A program made the position numbers and the translations under genes. Shown piece after piece: positions 26,033-35,532 of a DNA stretch of 56,061 nucleotides. Each line of letters begins with the position of its first letter. The first letter of the stretch is position 1. Under the pieces are notes generated by a model. The model made no database searches, was not told the DNA's origin, and saw nothing but the letters and a program-made list of their open reading frames with translations. Source of the stretch: a virus (taxonomy: Duplodnaviria; Caudoviricetes); the IMG/VR virus record IMGVR_UViG_3300005529_000044, positions 1 to 56,061 of that record, one strand, 5' to 3'.

Positions 26033-27163
26033 CTAAAAGCGCCGGCGCGGATGGGCCTTCATGAAGTCGCTCACGGGCGAGTCTCCCGAGGCCATCTTGT
26101 CGTAGTCGATCGCGGCGCCGCTCACGCCGGAGCTCGAAGCCCCAACGGTTGCCGGCGGCGGTGCGGCCGGTTTCGCTTTTGACTTTCCTGGCGTCTCGGC
26201 CTGGCGCGTCTCGGCGCCTGCCTGCTTGCCAGTTCCATTACGGTCGGTCGCTGCCGCCTTTTCGCCGGCTTTACCAGCGGCATCGGTGGTGCGGTCGCCC
26301 GCTTTCTTGAAGAACGTCGGCAGAAGCTTTTCCATCTCCCGGCGCGCCCGCCGTTCGGCTACCGCCCGTTGCGCCTCGGTTGCGGTCTCCGGCAGGTCGG
26401 TCGCCAGGAAAATGCGCTCGCTTTCCTCGATGTGATGCTTCGCCAGCTCGTAGGCCAAGCCGGCCGAATCTTCGACACTCAGGATGACGCTCGCCATGGC
26501 GGTTGAAAGCAGCGCCTCCGGATTTGCAACTACGTCGTCGTAGTCCTCAAACCGTTCGCGCGCCTCCTCCTGCTGTTCCTGCCAGCGCTTGCCGCGAGCC
26601 TTGGCCGATTCGGTCTGCTCGGCCTGCTTCTTCTCGCTCGCGGTTTTGACTTCCCGTTCGTGACTCTTCCGGTCCGCTTCCGCTAAAATCCAGTCCGAAA
26701 AGGCCTGGTCGTAGGCAGCGTCGGGATCCTCGGCGTTCAGGAAATCGGCGCGCTTCGGGCGCGGTTTGGGTTGGGCAGCAGCCGTTTCGGTCTTTGCCGG
26801 CGCGGCTGCGCCTGCTGTTAACTCTGCGACTTTCGCTTGGAGCTCATCGACCTGCGCCTGAAGGCGCTGGTTTTTGAGCTTTTCGCGCTTGCTTCCCGGA
26901 ACCCTGTTCCGCTCCCGGTCTTCTGCTCCACTGGCCTCCGCGCCCTTTGACGCATCGGCGGAACTGCCGCCGTCCTTGCCGCCTTCGGCCGGCTTCCCAT
27001 CGGCGGCCGCGGTTTTGTTGCCAGCTTCCCCGCCTGTGGTCTCGGCCGCGCCTTCGGAACCCGGCGTTTCCTCCTGGCCCTCAAGCTCGGTGACTTCGTA
27101 ACCAGCCTCTGCCAGCGCTGCTTTCGCTACGTCCGGCGGATCGCTCGTCTGGATGTGCAGCAT
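26033..27163 (-). CDS. Scaffolding protein
   Basis: Lies between portal and coat; acidic low-complexity N-terminus, KPRPKRADF..YDQA..DW motif, LAYELAK; start 27163 or 27172. Confidence 0.85.
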   Translation of the reverse strand: MLHIQTSDPPDVAKAALAEAGYEVTELEGQEETPGSEGAAETTGGEAGNKTAAADGKPAEGGKDGGSSADASKGAEASGAEDRERNRVPGSKREKLKNQRLQAQVDELQAKVAELTAGAAAPAKTETAAAQPKPRPKRADFLNAEDPDAAYDQAFSDWILAEADRKSHEREVKTASEKKQAEQTESAKARGKRWQEQQEEARERFEDYDDVVANPEALLSTAMASVILSVEDSAGLAYELAKHHIEESERIFLATDLPETATEAQRAVAERRARREMEKLLPTFFKKAGDRTTDAAGKAGEKAAATDRNGTGKQAGAETRQAETPGKSKAKPAAPPPATVGASSSGVSGAAIDYDKMASGDSPVSDFMKAHPRRRF

Positions 27164-27171
27164 CGGAAACA

Positions 27172-27201
27172 ATCATACGCTCAAATGTTGCGAGCCTGCA
27201 A
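27172..27201 (-). promoter_or_regulatory. Sigma70-like promoter before the scaffold gene
   Basis: TTGCAG-18 nt-TATGAT in the short portal/scaffold gap, 8 nt upstream of ATG 27163. Confidence 0.45.
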
Positions 27202-27205
27202 GCCC

Positions 27206-29365
27206 TTAGGGTTGAGCAGGGGCGGCGGGTTCGCTTTGTGGGTTCCCGCGTTCGGCCGGCGGCGGCATCTGCGTGCGCAGGTCGCGCTGCAATTCGGCGT
27301 CGTGCTCGGCCAGCGCCACATCGACGCGGCGGCCGGCTTCGACGTCCCCGGATTTTAGTTCGGCGACGGCAAGCGTAGTCCGGTTCTGGGCGTCGGCGAT
27401 GCGCTCGCGCGAGGCGAGTTCGAGCACCTTGGCCTTGCGCTCGTCTTCTGCGGCGTTCAGGGCCTTCGTCAACGAATCGGCCAGCTTCTGGAACACCTGA
27501 AGCTGCTGCTCGAGCTGCGCAATCTGCGCCTGGGCCTTGGGCGGGATCGCCTCGTCGCCGGCATTGCGCGGGTCAATCGTATCGGCAATCTTTTCCGCAT
27601 CGGGCGCGTCCGAGGTCCGGATCATCATCGGCAGGGCCGGGGCCATCGCCTGCGGGAAGCTCTTGAGCAATTCGAGCAGGAAATCAAGCGACTCGCGGCG
27701 CCGGGTTTCGAACTTCGGCCCGACCGATACGACGACCTGGTAGTCGCTCGGATCGAGATCGACGATTTTCCCGTCGCCCAGGTCGGCCTGCGGAAACTGG
27801 TCGCCCGCGATCAGCTTGACGCTCCGGTGCGTGCCGTCCGGATCCTGGATCATGCGCTCTTGGTCGCGGTTGAAGACTTTCGGGATCATCCGCAGCAGGA
27901 TTTCGCACACACGCTGTTCGTGGCGGCTGTAGTTGTCCACGTAGTGGAAATGGCCGATGTCCCCGGCCGACTGGCGTGCCAGGATTGCCTTGCCCGACGT
28001 TTCGGGACCTTCGTTGCCGAGCGAAGCATCGTAGGTGTCGAGCTGGGCCTTCAGATTATCGACCGCCAGACTGATGCCCGCCATGATCGACTGGATCTCG
28101 GGACCGGCCGTCTGCCGCTGCGGCGCTGGCAGCAGATTGCCGTTCACGGATTTCTCGTTGTAGGGCAGGACCCCGAACGGTTCTTCGTTGGCGTTGTCCC
28201 AGAAATGGCGCAGGCCTTCGATCTGGCCGAGTGCGGCCACGAACGGCGCGAGCGGTGAGAGTCCGACGACTTCGGCGAGCTTCGAAAGCATGTAGTCGAG
28301 CAGCATGCTGGCGTCGCGGGCGCTGAACACCATGCCGCGCAGCGCGCGCTTGCCATCGAGCAGGATGCGTTCCCCGATAATTGGCACGAACGGAATGCTC
28401 GTGTCTTCCCAGACGATCTCCTCTGTCAGGAGCTCGACGCCGTTCAAAGTGACTTGCTTCACGGTCGGCTGGTCGAGCGTGCGCGACGCCAGCGCTACGG
28501 CCCCGGCGGGCAGCGCCCCCTGGATCACCGTGCCGTCCTCCAGCCAATGGATTTCGATCTTCCGGTTTTCGACGAACCAGTATTCGGCCACTACCACGTC
28601 GCCTTCCGGAAACCAGTCGCGCTTCAGGTCGTCGCCGATCGAGGTGAATGATGCCAGACTCGCGATCTGTCCCTTCGGATACGCCTGTTTGTAGCGCTCC
28701 AGCGACAGGCGGCGGACGACGAAGAGCCAGCGTGCGTCGCTGAAGTCGAATTTCTTGGCCTCGGGATCCCGATAGACCTGGAAGGGACTGCCGATCTCCT
28801 CGATCGCCAGCGTCTGGTTGAAGATCGAGGTATCGAGCGGTCCATCGGGGAGATTGGTCGTCTCGTACTGTTTCGTGATCCGCACCCAGCCGAGGCCGCC
28901 GGTGAGCGCGTCCTCAAACGCTGTCTCCTGGGCGATGTCGGCATGGCAAGCGTTTTTGATATGGCGGATGAAGCCTTGGAAGACCTCGGCTGCTTGCTTG
29001 CTCGCGCGGCCGCCGTAGGGAATGGCCCTGCCCTCGGGCGGATTCTGGCGTGCGTGATTCACCACGCGCTTGATCGCCGGCGTGAGGCGATCGATCGTCA
29101 GCACCGGCCTGTCTTTCTTCCGGCGTTTCGCCTCGCGCTTCGGATCCCAGTGCCGGCCAGCCCGAAACTGATGGTCCTCGAGCATCTGCTGCCGCTCTTG
29201 ACTCTCCGCGTTGACAGCGACGGCAAATCGGATTCGGGCTTGCTTTAGGATTTCTTCGGCGCGGGATTGCTCGGGAGTAAGGCCGCTGTCCGGCGCCGCG
29301 ATCCGCGCGGTCGCGTTGGTGCCTGTGGGCCTGCGTTTCGCTGCCGCCGTTTCCTGGGGATTCAT
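27206..29365 (-). CDS. Portal protein, P22-like
   Basis: 719 aa after TerL; RPVLTIDR, GLGWVRI, VAEYW, IPFVPIIG and SGKAILARQ..GD motifs. Confidence 0.95.
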   Translation of the reverse strand: MNPQETAAAKRRPTGTNATARIAAPDSGLTPEQSRAEEILKQARIRFAVAVNAESQERQQMLEDHQFRAGRHWDPKREAKRRKKDRPVLTIDRLTPAIKRVVNHARQNPPEGRAIPYGGRASKQAAEVFQGFIRHIKNACHADIAQETAFEDALTGGLGWVRITKQYETTNLPDGPLDTSIFNQTLAIEEIGSPFQVYRDPEAKKFDFSDARWLFVVRRLSLERYKQAYPKGQIASLASFTSIGDDLKRDWFPEGDVVVAEYWFVENRKIEIHWLEDGTVIQGALPAGAVALASRTLDQPTVKQVTLNGVELLTEEIVWEDTSIPFVPIIGERILLDGKRALRGMVFSARDASMLLDYMLSKLAEVVGLSPLAPFVAALGQIEGLRHFWDNANEEPFGVLPYNEKSVNGNLLPAPQRQTAGPEIQSIMAGISLAVDNLKAQLDTYDASLGNEGPETSGKAILARQSAGDIGHFHYVDNYSRHEQRVCEILLRMIPKVFNRDQERMIQDPDGTHRSVKLIAGDQFPQADLGDGKIVDLDPSDYQVVVSVGPKFETRRRESLDFLLELLKSFPQAMAPALPMMIRTSDAPDAEKIADTIDPRNAGDEAIPPKAQAQIAQLEQQLQVFQKLADSLTKALNAAEDERKAKVLELASRERIADAQNRTTLAVAELKSGDVEAGRRVDVALAEHDAELQRDLRTQMPPPAERGNPQSEPAAPAQP

Positions 29366-29625
29366 TCCGCTCTCAAGGCTTCTATGATCTGGTCGGCGGT
29401 GACGGTGACTTCTTCGCCCTTATAGCGCACGATGAGGCGATCTATACCCGTCATCTCGGGCCTGCTCTTATCGTAAAGGCTGAGCATTATTGACTGCGCT
29501 CCCGACAGCTTCACGCCGGAGCGACCGAGTTGGAGCTCCCCGGATTCGCGTTGCTGGCCAACGAGCGTGCCCGCGACGGCCGCCAGCAGCCGGATGATGC
29601 CACGGCGCTTCATGGGCTCGGTCAT
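29362..29625 (-). CDS. Small hypothetical protein with twin-arginine-like leader
   Basis: MKRRGIIRLLAAVAGTLVG|QQ; overlaps both TerL and portal by 4 nt. Confidence 0.6.
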   Translation of the reverse strand: MTEPMKRRGIIRLLAAVAGTLVGQQRESGELQLGRSGVKLSGAQSIMLSLYDKSRPEMTGIDRLIVRYKGEEVTVTADQIIEALRAE

Positions 29626-31178
29626 TTCATCCAGCCCCCCGTGCTGCCATAACTCTCAGCGGAGTACTCTGACGCCTTGGCCTTGGGCGGTTCGGCTTTC
29701 ATGATTTTTCGGCCGCTTTCCCATCCGTAACGGAGCGCATCCTGCAGGTGGTCCTTCTGCTTGACAATCTTACCCTTGTCATCGCGCCGGTACAACCGGA
29801 ATTCCGCGAAGAAGTTCTTCAGCGTTTCAAACACTTTGAGTTGCCCCTGTGTGAACGCCTCGAAAACATCCCATACCCCGGTCTCAACCGCGTTCTCCGC
29901 CTCGACGATATGCAGGCCCAAATCGCGGTACATCTGGATGAGCTGGCGGCCGTCAACCTGGCTGCGGCCGCGGGCTGCCGGATCGATCACGCCCGGGATC
30001 CACTTGCCCGGTGCCTGGATCGCGACGACGTGGGCGGACGGCGACATGCCTTCTTCCCCCGCTCGGTAGTACTCGTGGTAGGCGACCACCTGGCCGGTGT
30101 CCGGATTTCGTGCAAGCCAGATCGCCGCGGTGCGATTCCATCCGACGTCGAGCGCGTAGCAACGCGGCCAGTGCTTCGGGATCGGGAAGGGCTTGATCGC
30201 GATCTCGGTTTCTGAAATCGGGTACACCGCGCCCGAGCCCATCTGGGGGATACCCTTGGTGCGCGCGTCGCGCTGGTAGGGCGGAATCTTGGCGAGCAGG
30301 TCGGCCTTGGCTTGTTCAGTCAGGTGCGGCGCGTCATCCCAGGTCGCCATCACCACGTAGGTCGCGGTCTGGTGCTTGGTCCAGGTCGCCTCGGCGTTCT
30401 TGTATTCGTCTTCGGTGGAGAACTGCTCGGCGAGCGGCCGCGGCGTCCTGAGCGGAATCTGCTCGCGATAGAGATCCATGGCCTCGACCATCAGCTCGGT
30501 CATGCCGTGCATGGGCGTCGCGGTCAGATACACGATGCCGCCGGTGGTGATCGTGCGCAGCAAACACTCGACCCAGATTTCTTTCGGGCATTCCTCATCG
30601 AGCCAGATAACGTGAAGCTTCTCGGCGGAGAAAATATCGACGCCTGATTCGTAGCTTTTGAAGGTCAGTGTGCTGATGCCGCCCGATTCGTGGCGGATGC
30701 GGACGGTGTCGATCGCGTCGGGTGTTCCTTGGCGCATGCGGTAATCGACGATCGAGTCTGCCGGCACCATGCCAGTCCCCACGCCGATGACTTTGTCGGC
30801 CGGCTCGCCCAACTCGCGCGCAAGCTGGCCCATGAGCTCGGCCTGCACGGAGTCGCGAACTTTGGGCCCGGTGAGCCCCGCGGCCCAGGCCTTGATCGGA
30901 TGATAGAAGCGCTTCCCGGTCCACCACGCAGGATAACGGCCGGTCAGGTGGAGCGCGGTCTCGTAGGCGCCGGTGGTGCTCTTCCCGACCTGGTTGCCCG
31001 CCACAAATGCTCGCGCGCGGCGCGTGCGTCCAGCTTCGAAGAATTCCAGGTGCTTGGGGTAGAGTTCGCGGCGAAAGCGACCCTGGCTCGGGAAGTAGGC
31101 GCGGAGCCGATTGCGGGCGTTATCTAAAAACGCCAGGCGCAGGGCCTCGGGGTCCACGGCGTCGAGCGATAGGCTCAT
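29622..31178 (-). CDS. terL: Terminase large subunit
   Basis: Walker A AGNQVGKS, Walker B IWLDEE, LTATP; RNase H-like domain with ALDVG and DHLQDALRY. Confidence 0.96.
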   Translation of the reverse strand: MSLSLDAVDPEALRLAFLDNARNRLRAYFPSQGRFRRELYPKHLEFFEAGRTRRARAFVAGNQVGKSTTGAYETALHLTGRYPAWWTGKRFYHPIKAWAAGLTGPKVRDSVQAELMGQLARELGEPADKVIGVGTGMVPADSIVDYRMRQGTPDAIDTVRIRHESGGISTLTFKSYESGVDIFSAEKLHVIWLDEECPKEIWVECLLRTITTGGIVYLTATPMHGMTELMVEAMDLYREQIPLRTPRPLAEQFSTEDEYKNAEATWTKHQTATYVVMATWDDAPHLTEQAKADLLAKIPPYQRDARTKGIPQMGSGAVYPISETEIAIKPFPIPKHWPRCYALDVGWNRTAAIWLARNPDTGQVVAYHEYYRAGEEGMSPSAHVVAIQAPGKWIPGVIDPAARGRSQVDGRQLIQMYRDLGLHIVEAENAVETGVWDVFEAFTQGQLKVFETLKNFFAEFRLYRRDDKGKIVKQKDHLQDALRYGWESGRKIMKAEPPKAKASEYSAESYGSTGGWMK

Positions 31179-31191
31179 TCGATCGCCAGCG

Positions 31192-31767
31192 TTATGCTGC
31201 GGCCCCCGGCGCTGGCCCGGATTGGGCAGCCACCTGCTGCATTTCCCGCTCCCTCAGGCGCTGGTGCGCTTCGGCAATCTGATCCGGAGTGAACAGCTCC
31301 TGAAGCCTGATCGCCTGTTCGCGCACGTGCACCTCGGCCTGGATCTTCAGCGGATCCTCGGGCGGCGTCTTGAGCATCGTGTCGAGCTTGTCGCGCTGCC
31401 CCAAGAACTGTTTGCCGAGCCACACCGCCATGGTCGCGTTGCCCTTCTTCAGCAGTTGTAGCTGCTGTCGGCGAATGCTGATCTTGCCGACGTTGCGCCC
31501 GCGCTCGACGATCGCCTTGACGTCGTCGGTCGCCACGAGCTTCTCGACCGTCGAGAGGGAGACCCGGAAGTAGGCGGCGATTTCCTCATAGGTGCATTGG
31601 AGCTCGCAGAGTTTTTCGAGCTGGGCGAGATCGATTGGAGCCTTGGGTCGGCCGGCCTTTCGTTTGGGCTGGGACGCCCGGGCGTCGGCCTTGGTTCCTC
31701 GATCTGTTGCTTTCCGCGCGCCACGCCTTTTTCTGGAACCCGTAAAAATACCCTCGCACCGGCGCAT
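31192..31767 (-). CDS. terS: Terminase small subunit
   Basis: GRPK..ID...EKLC..QCT.EEIA..F.VS..T HTH and GNATM.VWLGKQFLGQRD; directly upstream of TerL; start uncertain. Confidence 0.82.
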   Translation of the reverse strand: MRRCEGIFTGSRKRRGARKATDRGTKADARASQPKRKAGRPKAPIDLAQLEKLCELQCTYEEIAAYFRVSLSTVEKLVATDDVKAIVERGRNVGKISIRRQQLQLLKKGNATMAVWLGKQFLGQRDKLDTMLKTPPEDPLKIQAEVHVREQAIRLQELFTPDQIAEAHQRLREREMQQVAAQSGPAPGAAA

Positions 31768-31792
31768 CACTTCCACCGGCGTCGGCTCTATT

Positions 31793-32143
31793 TTAGCCGC
31801 GATGCGTGTCGCCGGGGAAGAGCGCGGCGCGCTCGGTCTCGCGCCAGGCGGCGCGGGCCAGCTTGCGATCCTCGGCGTCTTTGAGGGCGCGGATGCGGAA
31901 TTCAATGCGCTCATGATCGCTTGCGCGGCGGTAGAACCAGTCGCTGAAATCGGCGCAGGCCGAGTTCATTTCCGTGATCTGTAAGCGGTGATCGGGCAGT
32001 TCTTTGACGCGGCGATCCCGGCGCTCAACAAGCCAGAAGGCGACGAAGTTCAGGAATTTCGATGCGTCGGTTGCTTCCGGCAGAAGCTTCGACGGGTCGA
32101 ACGGCTCACGTTCGGCGCGGCGTTTGATGACGGGCTGGCTCAC
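31793..32143 (-). CDS. Hypothetical protein
   Basis: In-operon ORF with coupled start. Confidence 0.55.
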   Translation of the reverse strand: MSQPVIKRRAEREPFDPSKLLPEATDASKFLNFVAFWLVERRDRRVKELPDHRLQITEMNSACADFSDWFYRRASDHERIEFRIRALKDAEDRKLARAAWRETERAALFPGDTHRG

Positions 32144-32307
32144 GGTAGCGTTTCCTCTTCGAAGGCGTGGCGATCCGATTCGAGCTGCCGCAGGTAGAGC
32201 GGCTTGTGCACGATGACGCCGCCGTCGGGCTTAGTGCCAAGAGAATTCGGCTGGGAATCGGCACGCCCTGGCTGGTCGGCGCGATTGTCCTGTTCGCGGC
32301 CGTTCAC
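32140..32307 (-). CDS. Small hypothetical protein (55 aa)
   Basis: My translation MNGREQDNRADQPG...EEETLP; GTGA overlaps on both sides. Confidence 0.45.
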   Translation of the reverse strand: MNGREQDNRADQPGRADSQPNSLGTKPDGGVIVHKPLYLRQLESDRHAFEEETLP

Positions 32308-32498
32308 GGTTTGCGGCGGATGATTTTGATCCGCTGGCGCTGATCGGCCTCGTGTTTCGCCTGGGCCTGGCGGCCCTTTTCGGTTTCCCTGTTGCCTCGC
32401 ATGTAGCCGAGCTTGTTCATCGTCCCGTAGACGGCCCCCGGGTTGTTCGGGTATTCCTGCTTTAGCTTGGCTTCGAGGAAGGCAGGCATGGGGATCAC
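32304..32498 (-). CDS. Small basic hypothetical protein
   Basis: MP.FLEAKLK.EY...AVYGTMNK; coupled to neighbours. Confidence 0.6.
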   Translation of the reverse strand: MIPMPAFLEAKLKQEYPNNPGAVYGTMNKLGYMRGNRETEKGRQAQAKHEADQRQRIKIIRRKP

Positions 32499-32725
32499 TT
32501 CTTCTTGCGGGTCGCCGTGGCGGTGGTGCCGAGCGTGCGATTAGCCTTCGCGCGGATCGCCGCAGCCATGGCGTGCGAAAGGTTGCCCTTCTCTTCCTGC
32601 TGTGTGGCGCGGGCTTTCGCGTTGGCGGCGTGCGCGCGATCGGGCATGGGATATTTGCGCTCTCCAGGCTCGCCGAACGAGCTCGACGGCAACTGCTTGC
32701 GGCGCTGGATGGTGAGCTTCGCCAT
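32495..32725 (-). CDS. Small basic protein, DUF6582-like
   Basis: Start re-called at MAKLT; RKQLPSSSFGEPGERKYPMPDRAHAANAKAR. Confidence 0.7.
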   Translation of the reverse strand: MAKLTIQRRKQLPSSSFGEPGERKYPMPDRAHAANAKARATQQEEKGNLSHAMAAAIRAKANRTLGTTATATRKKK

Positions 32726-32994
32726 CAGGATTTCTTTTTGCCGGCCTTGCCGTCTTCGTCGCCCTCGTCTTCCACTTCGACCTCGTGGCCGAAGTGCGTG
32801 GCGATCGCGTGGAGCGCGTCGGCCATGTCGCCATGGACCGTGGTTGTGGGCTCCTGATACATCTCGCCGCCGTGCGTCCTGCACTTTACGGTGTATCCGC
32901 CATTGTCGGCCTGCTCGATGTCGGCGGAGTAGCGAAGCTTGGGCGAGCTCTTCTTCGCGACCGCGGTTGCTTCGGAGTTCGATGTGCGGCGCAT
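32725..32994 (-). CDS. Hypothetical protein
   Basis: IEQADNGGYTV motif; first ORF after the 33.0-33.2 kb leader. Confidence 0.6.
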   Translation of the reverse strand: MRRTSNSEATAVAKKSSPKLRYSADIEQADNGGYTVKCRTHGGEMYQEPTTTVHGDMADALHAIATHFGHEVEVEDEGDEDGKAGKKKS

Positions 32995-33207
32995 TCTGCC
33001 CGGAAGATTACCACGGATCGGGCGACGAAGGGAAGCAGAAATGTTTCGAGGCCGGCTCCCGTTGCAGGCTGGCCGGCCTCGTTGTCGTCTATAGCTTCGT
33101 TGCTGTGGTTGGCTTGTTCCCTTGTCAGAAAGATCGTCTGCTCTGTGTGAGCCTCCCTTCCGCCGCTGCGGCGGCTCCGTAAGTATACTTAAAAATTCGC
33201 GGGCGCG

Positions 33208-33990
33208 CTAGACGTGGAAGATCGCCCGGAGCGCCTTCACGCCGTCGCGGATTTCTAAGAGTGCCTGGCGGTCGGCGTCGGTCAATCCGGTGCTTGCCGT
33301 TGGTGCGTTCGGGTCCTCGCCATCCTTGACGATCCACGGCGCCGTGATCGCGCCGCCGGTGATGATGACCCGCTCGCCCGGCTCGAGATGAATCGGGACC
33401 GGCACAGGGGGCATCGTCGGCTCGGGAGCTTGGTCTGGAACCTCCGTCACCCATCGGGGTAGGCCCTCCGATGTGTCCCAATGTCCGGGAGCTCCCACGC
33501 CGTGCGCATATTGCTGCGCCAGTAACGCGGCCGCATCGACGGCCTGACCGGTTGGCAGGCTGAAGGCCCACATCCGCCGCGTTTCGCTTCCGTAATCCAC
33601 GGTAAAGAACGCGAAGGCAGTTGCGGCCTGGTCCCAGAGGCCGGAGCCGCCCAGCTCCTGCATCAGCTTGCGCGCATCGGCTTCGCTGCAAAGACGGCCA
33701 GGATCTATCTGTGACCCGCTGCTCATGCGCGCAGGGGTGGGTGCCGGCGAATATTTCGGATACGTCATCAAGCCCGGCAGGTTCACGCCCGCCTGGTCAG
33801 CCGAGATCGAGATCGATGTTAGTTGCTTACCGTCCCAGACGGCGTAGGTTCCGCCGCTCGGTTTCGCGGGATCGAACCAGGATTTCGGCGGCAGCGCCGG
33901 ATTGAAGGTTGGGGCTTGTTTGCCGGTCTTTGCCAGGTAGGTTTCGCGGTTGAACTGCTCGAACAGGTAGGCGCTTTGCAAGGTTCGCAT
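33208..33990 (-). CDS. Hypothetical Pro/Trp-rich protein (260 aa)
   Basis: GAGG RBS; protein-like composition. Confidence 0.7.
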   Translation of the reverse strand: MRTLQSAYLFEQFNRETYLAKTGKQAPTFNPALPPKSWFDPAKPSGGTYAVWDGKQLTSISISADQAGVNLPGLMTYPKYSPAPTPARMSSGSQIDPGRLCSEADARKLMQELGGSGLWDQAATAFAFFTVDYGSETRRMWAFSLPTGQAVDAAALLAQQYAHGVGAPGHWDTSEGLPRWVTEVPDQAPEPTMPPVPVPIHLEPGERVIITGGAITAPWIVKDGEDPNAPTASTGLTDADRQALLEIRDGVKALRAIFHV

Positions 33991-34071
33991 CAGTTGTCCT
34001 CTTCCCGTCGGCAGTATAGAACAAAAACTGCGGAATCTGTTCCGGAAAAGTTTTGGGCGCGGAAGAGGGAC

Positions 34072-34377
34072 TCATTTCCCGCCCACGGAGGAGGCCGGGA
34101 TTCTAGCGGCGCTTTTCTCGGCTTTGGCCGGTTTCCGGCCCGGGATCTCCGACTGCCGGGCCAGATCGATGATCTCGGCCGCCCGTTCCCAGGACAGGTA
34201 TTGCGGAGGCTGAAGGAGATTCGAGCGCACGGTGATCATTCGCCGCTGGTCGTCGTACCAGATTCCATGGAAGTGCTTTAAGTTCAACAGGTCCAGCAGA
34301 ATCCGCATCCGCTCGGCTTCGGAGGGCACCCAGCGGAGCCTGCGGGCCGTTCCACGTCGATTCAATAACTTATCCAT
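34072..34377 (-). CDS. Hypothetical basic protein
   Basis: In-operon ORF downstream of rep. Confidence 0.5.
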   Translation of the reverse strand: MDKLLNRRGTARRLRWVPSEAERMRILLDLLNLKHFHGIWYDDQRRMITVRSNLLQPPQYLSWERAAEIIDLARQSEIPGRKPAKAEKSAARIPASSVGGK

Positions 34378-34615
34378 GTGGTTCGGTTTTTGTGGGGGTC
34401 ACATGAACCCGAGAATGGGCCGATAGCCCCGCAATCGCGTTTGGGCGCGTTTTGGCGCGTCGGTTTTGGGAACGTCTCTCTGGTCGATTCGGCCCGCGAG
34501 AATCGCAGCAGCGCCGTCCTGGGCGCTGCTGCATGGGGAATCTTGCGCATGCCTGAAGCGCATGCGATACGTGCATGTTCCCCGTGAAGGCTCGGTCGGT
34601 TGCGCAAAGGATTGC

Positions 34616-35338
34616 TCACTCGATTGCCCTTCGAAGGTCCCCTGGCGTCTGGAACCCCTGGGATGTTGTGGGTTTTCTTTTCTCGTAAGTGGCTGAAGCC
34701 ACAAGCGAGCGCGCCTCGTTGCCGATGGTAATTTGTGGTAGCGGCTCGCCGTCGGGAAGCTTCAGCGCTCCGGCTTCTTCGAGCCGATGCATGATCACGG
34801 TGACGTCGAGCGGTCCAGTGATCGGCGTCCCGGTCGCGACGATCCAGCGCTGCGCGAGCTTCCAGAGCCGCTCGGCCGTCTTGTCTCCGCGGTAGTAACT
34901 GGGCATGCCCATGCTTCCCTCGATGAGCCGAGCGGTGGGTTTCGTTTCCAACAGCGGCGGTGTTTTCTGGTTGGCTCCAGCCGGAGGCTCCATGGAGATA
35001 TGGATGGAGGGATCACCTGAGGGATCACCTGAGGGATCATTTTTCCCGCCCTGAGGGATCAAATTTATCCGTATCTGACTTAAAACGCGCTGTTTATTAG
35101 GACGACGGGAGGGATCACCCAAAATCTGTTTCTTTGATGTGGAATTTCCACGCCTTTGGGTGGAAATCCAGCCCTTTTCGCGGAGGCCGGCCATCGCGCG
35201 CTTGACCGTCGGGACGCTCAGTTTTAGGTCTGCGGCGATCGTCTTCTGGCGAGCGATCGTATAGGACTTTCCAAAACAGAAGTGCTTCAGCCGGAGGTAG
35301 ACCCGGCGCTCGGTGCGGGTGAGCGGCTCGGTCGTCAT
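34616..35338 (-). CDS. Replication initiator with N-terminal winged HTH (HTH_36-like)
   Basis: Start re-called at MTTEP; QKTIAADLKLSVPTVKRAMAGLREKGWI; iterons lie in the central linker as in lambda O. Confidence 0.8.
   Translation of the reverse strand: MTTEPLTRTERRVYLRLKHFCFGKSYTIARQKTIAADLKLSVPTVKRAMAGLREKGWISTQRRGNSTSKKQILGDPSRRPNKQRVLSQIRINLIPQGGKNDPSGDPSGDPSIHISMEPPAGANQKTPPLLETKPTARLIEGSMGMPSYYRGDKTAERLWKLAQRWIVATGTPITGPLDVTVIMHRLEEAGALKLPDGEPLPQITIGNEARSLVASATYEKRKPTTSQGFQTPGDLRRAIE
35007..35117. repeat. Putative origin: five GAGGGATCA iterons plus an AT-rich tract
   Basis: Copies start at 35007, 35019, 35031, 35053 and 35109; AT-rich stretch at about 35061-35100. Confidence 0.8.
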
Positions 35339-35532
35339 GCGGAGGCCCCTTTGGCCTTGGCGGTCGTGCGCGGCGTTCCGACGTGCCAGGCACGGCAGCG
35401 CCAGCACCAGTAGGGGACCTGAGGAACGGGGTTGCCGTCGCGTTTTTCGAGCGCGCGGACGTGCGCCTCGGCGGCGCCCTGGGACGGGTGGCGGTGCTTG
35501 CCGCAGGGCCGGACGCGGATGCGGACGCTCAT
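35335..35532 (-). CDS. Small Zn-finger protein
   Basis: CGK.RH....A and PYWCWRCRAWHVG. Confidence 0.7.
   Translation of the reverse strand: MSVRIRVRPCGKHRHPSQGAAEAHVRALEKRDGNPVPQVPYWCWRCRAWHVGTPRTTAKAKGASA

Noticed and set aside
34546-34578. Third operator made of GCATG repeats downstream of rep
   Set aside because: Three GCATG copies at a 13-bp period rather than 9 bp, with no -35/-10; not supported, though not excluded.
35007-35117. CRISPR array
   Set aside because: 9-12-bp repeats without unique spacers, inside rep; these are iterons. No cas genes.
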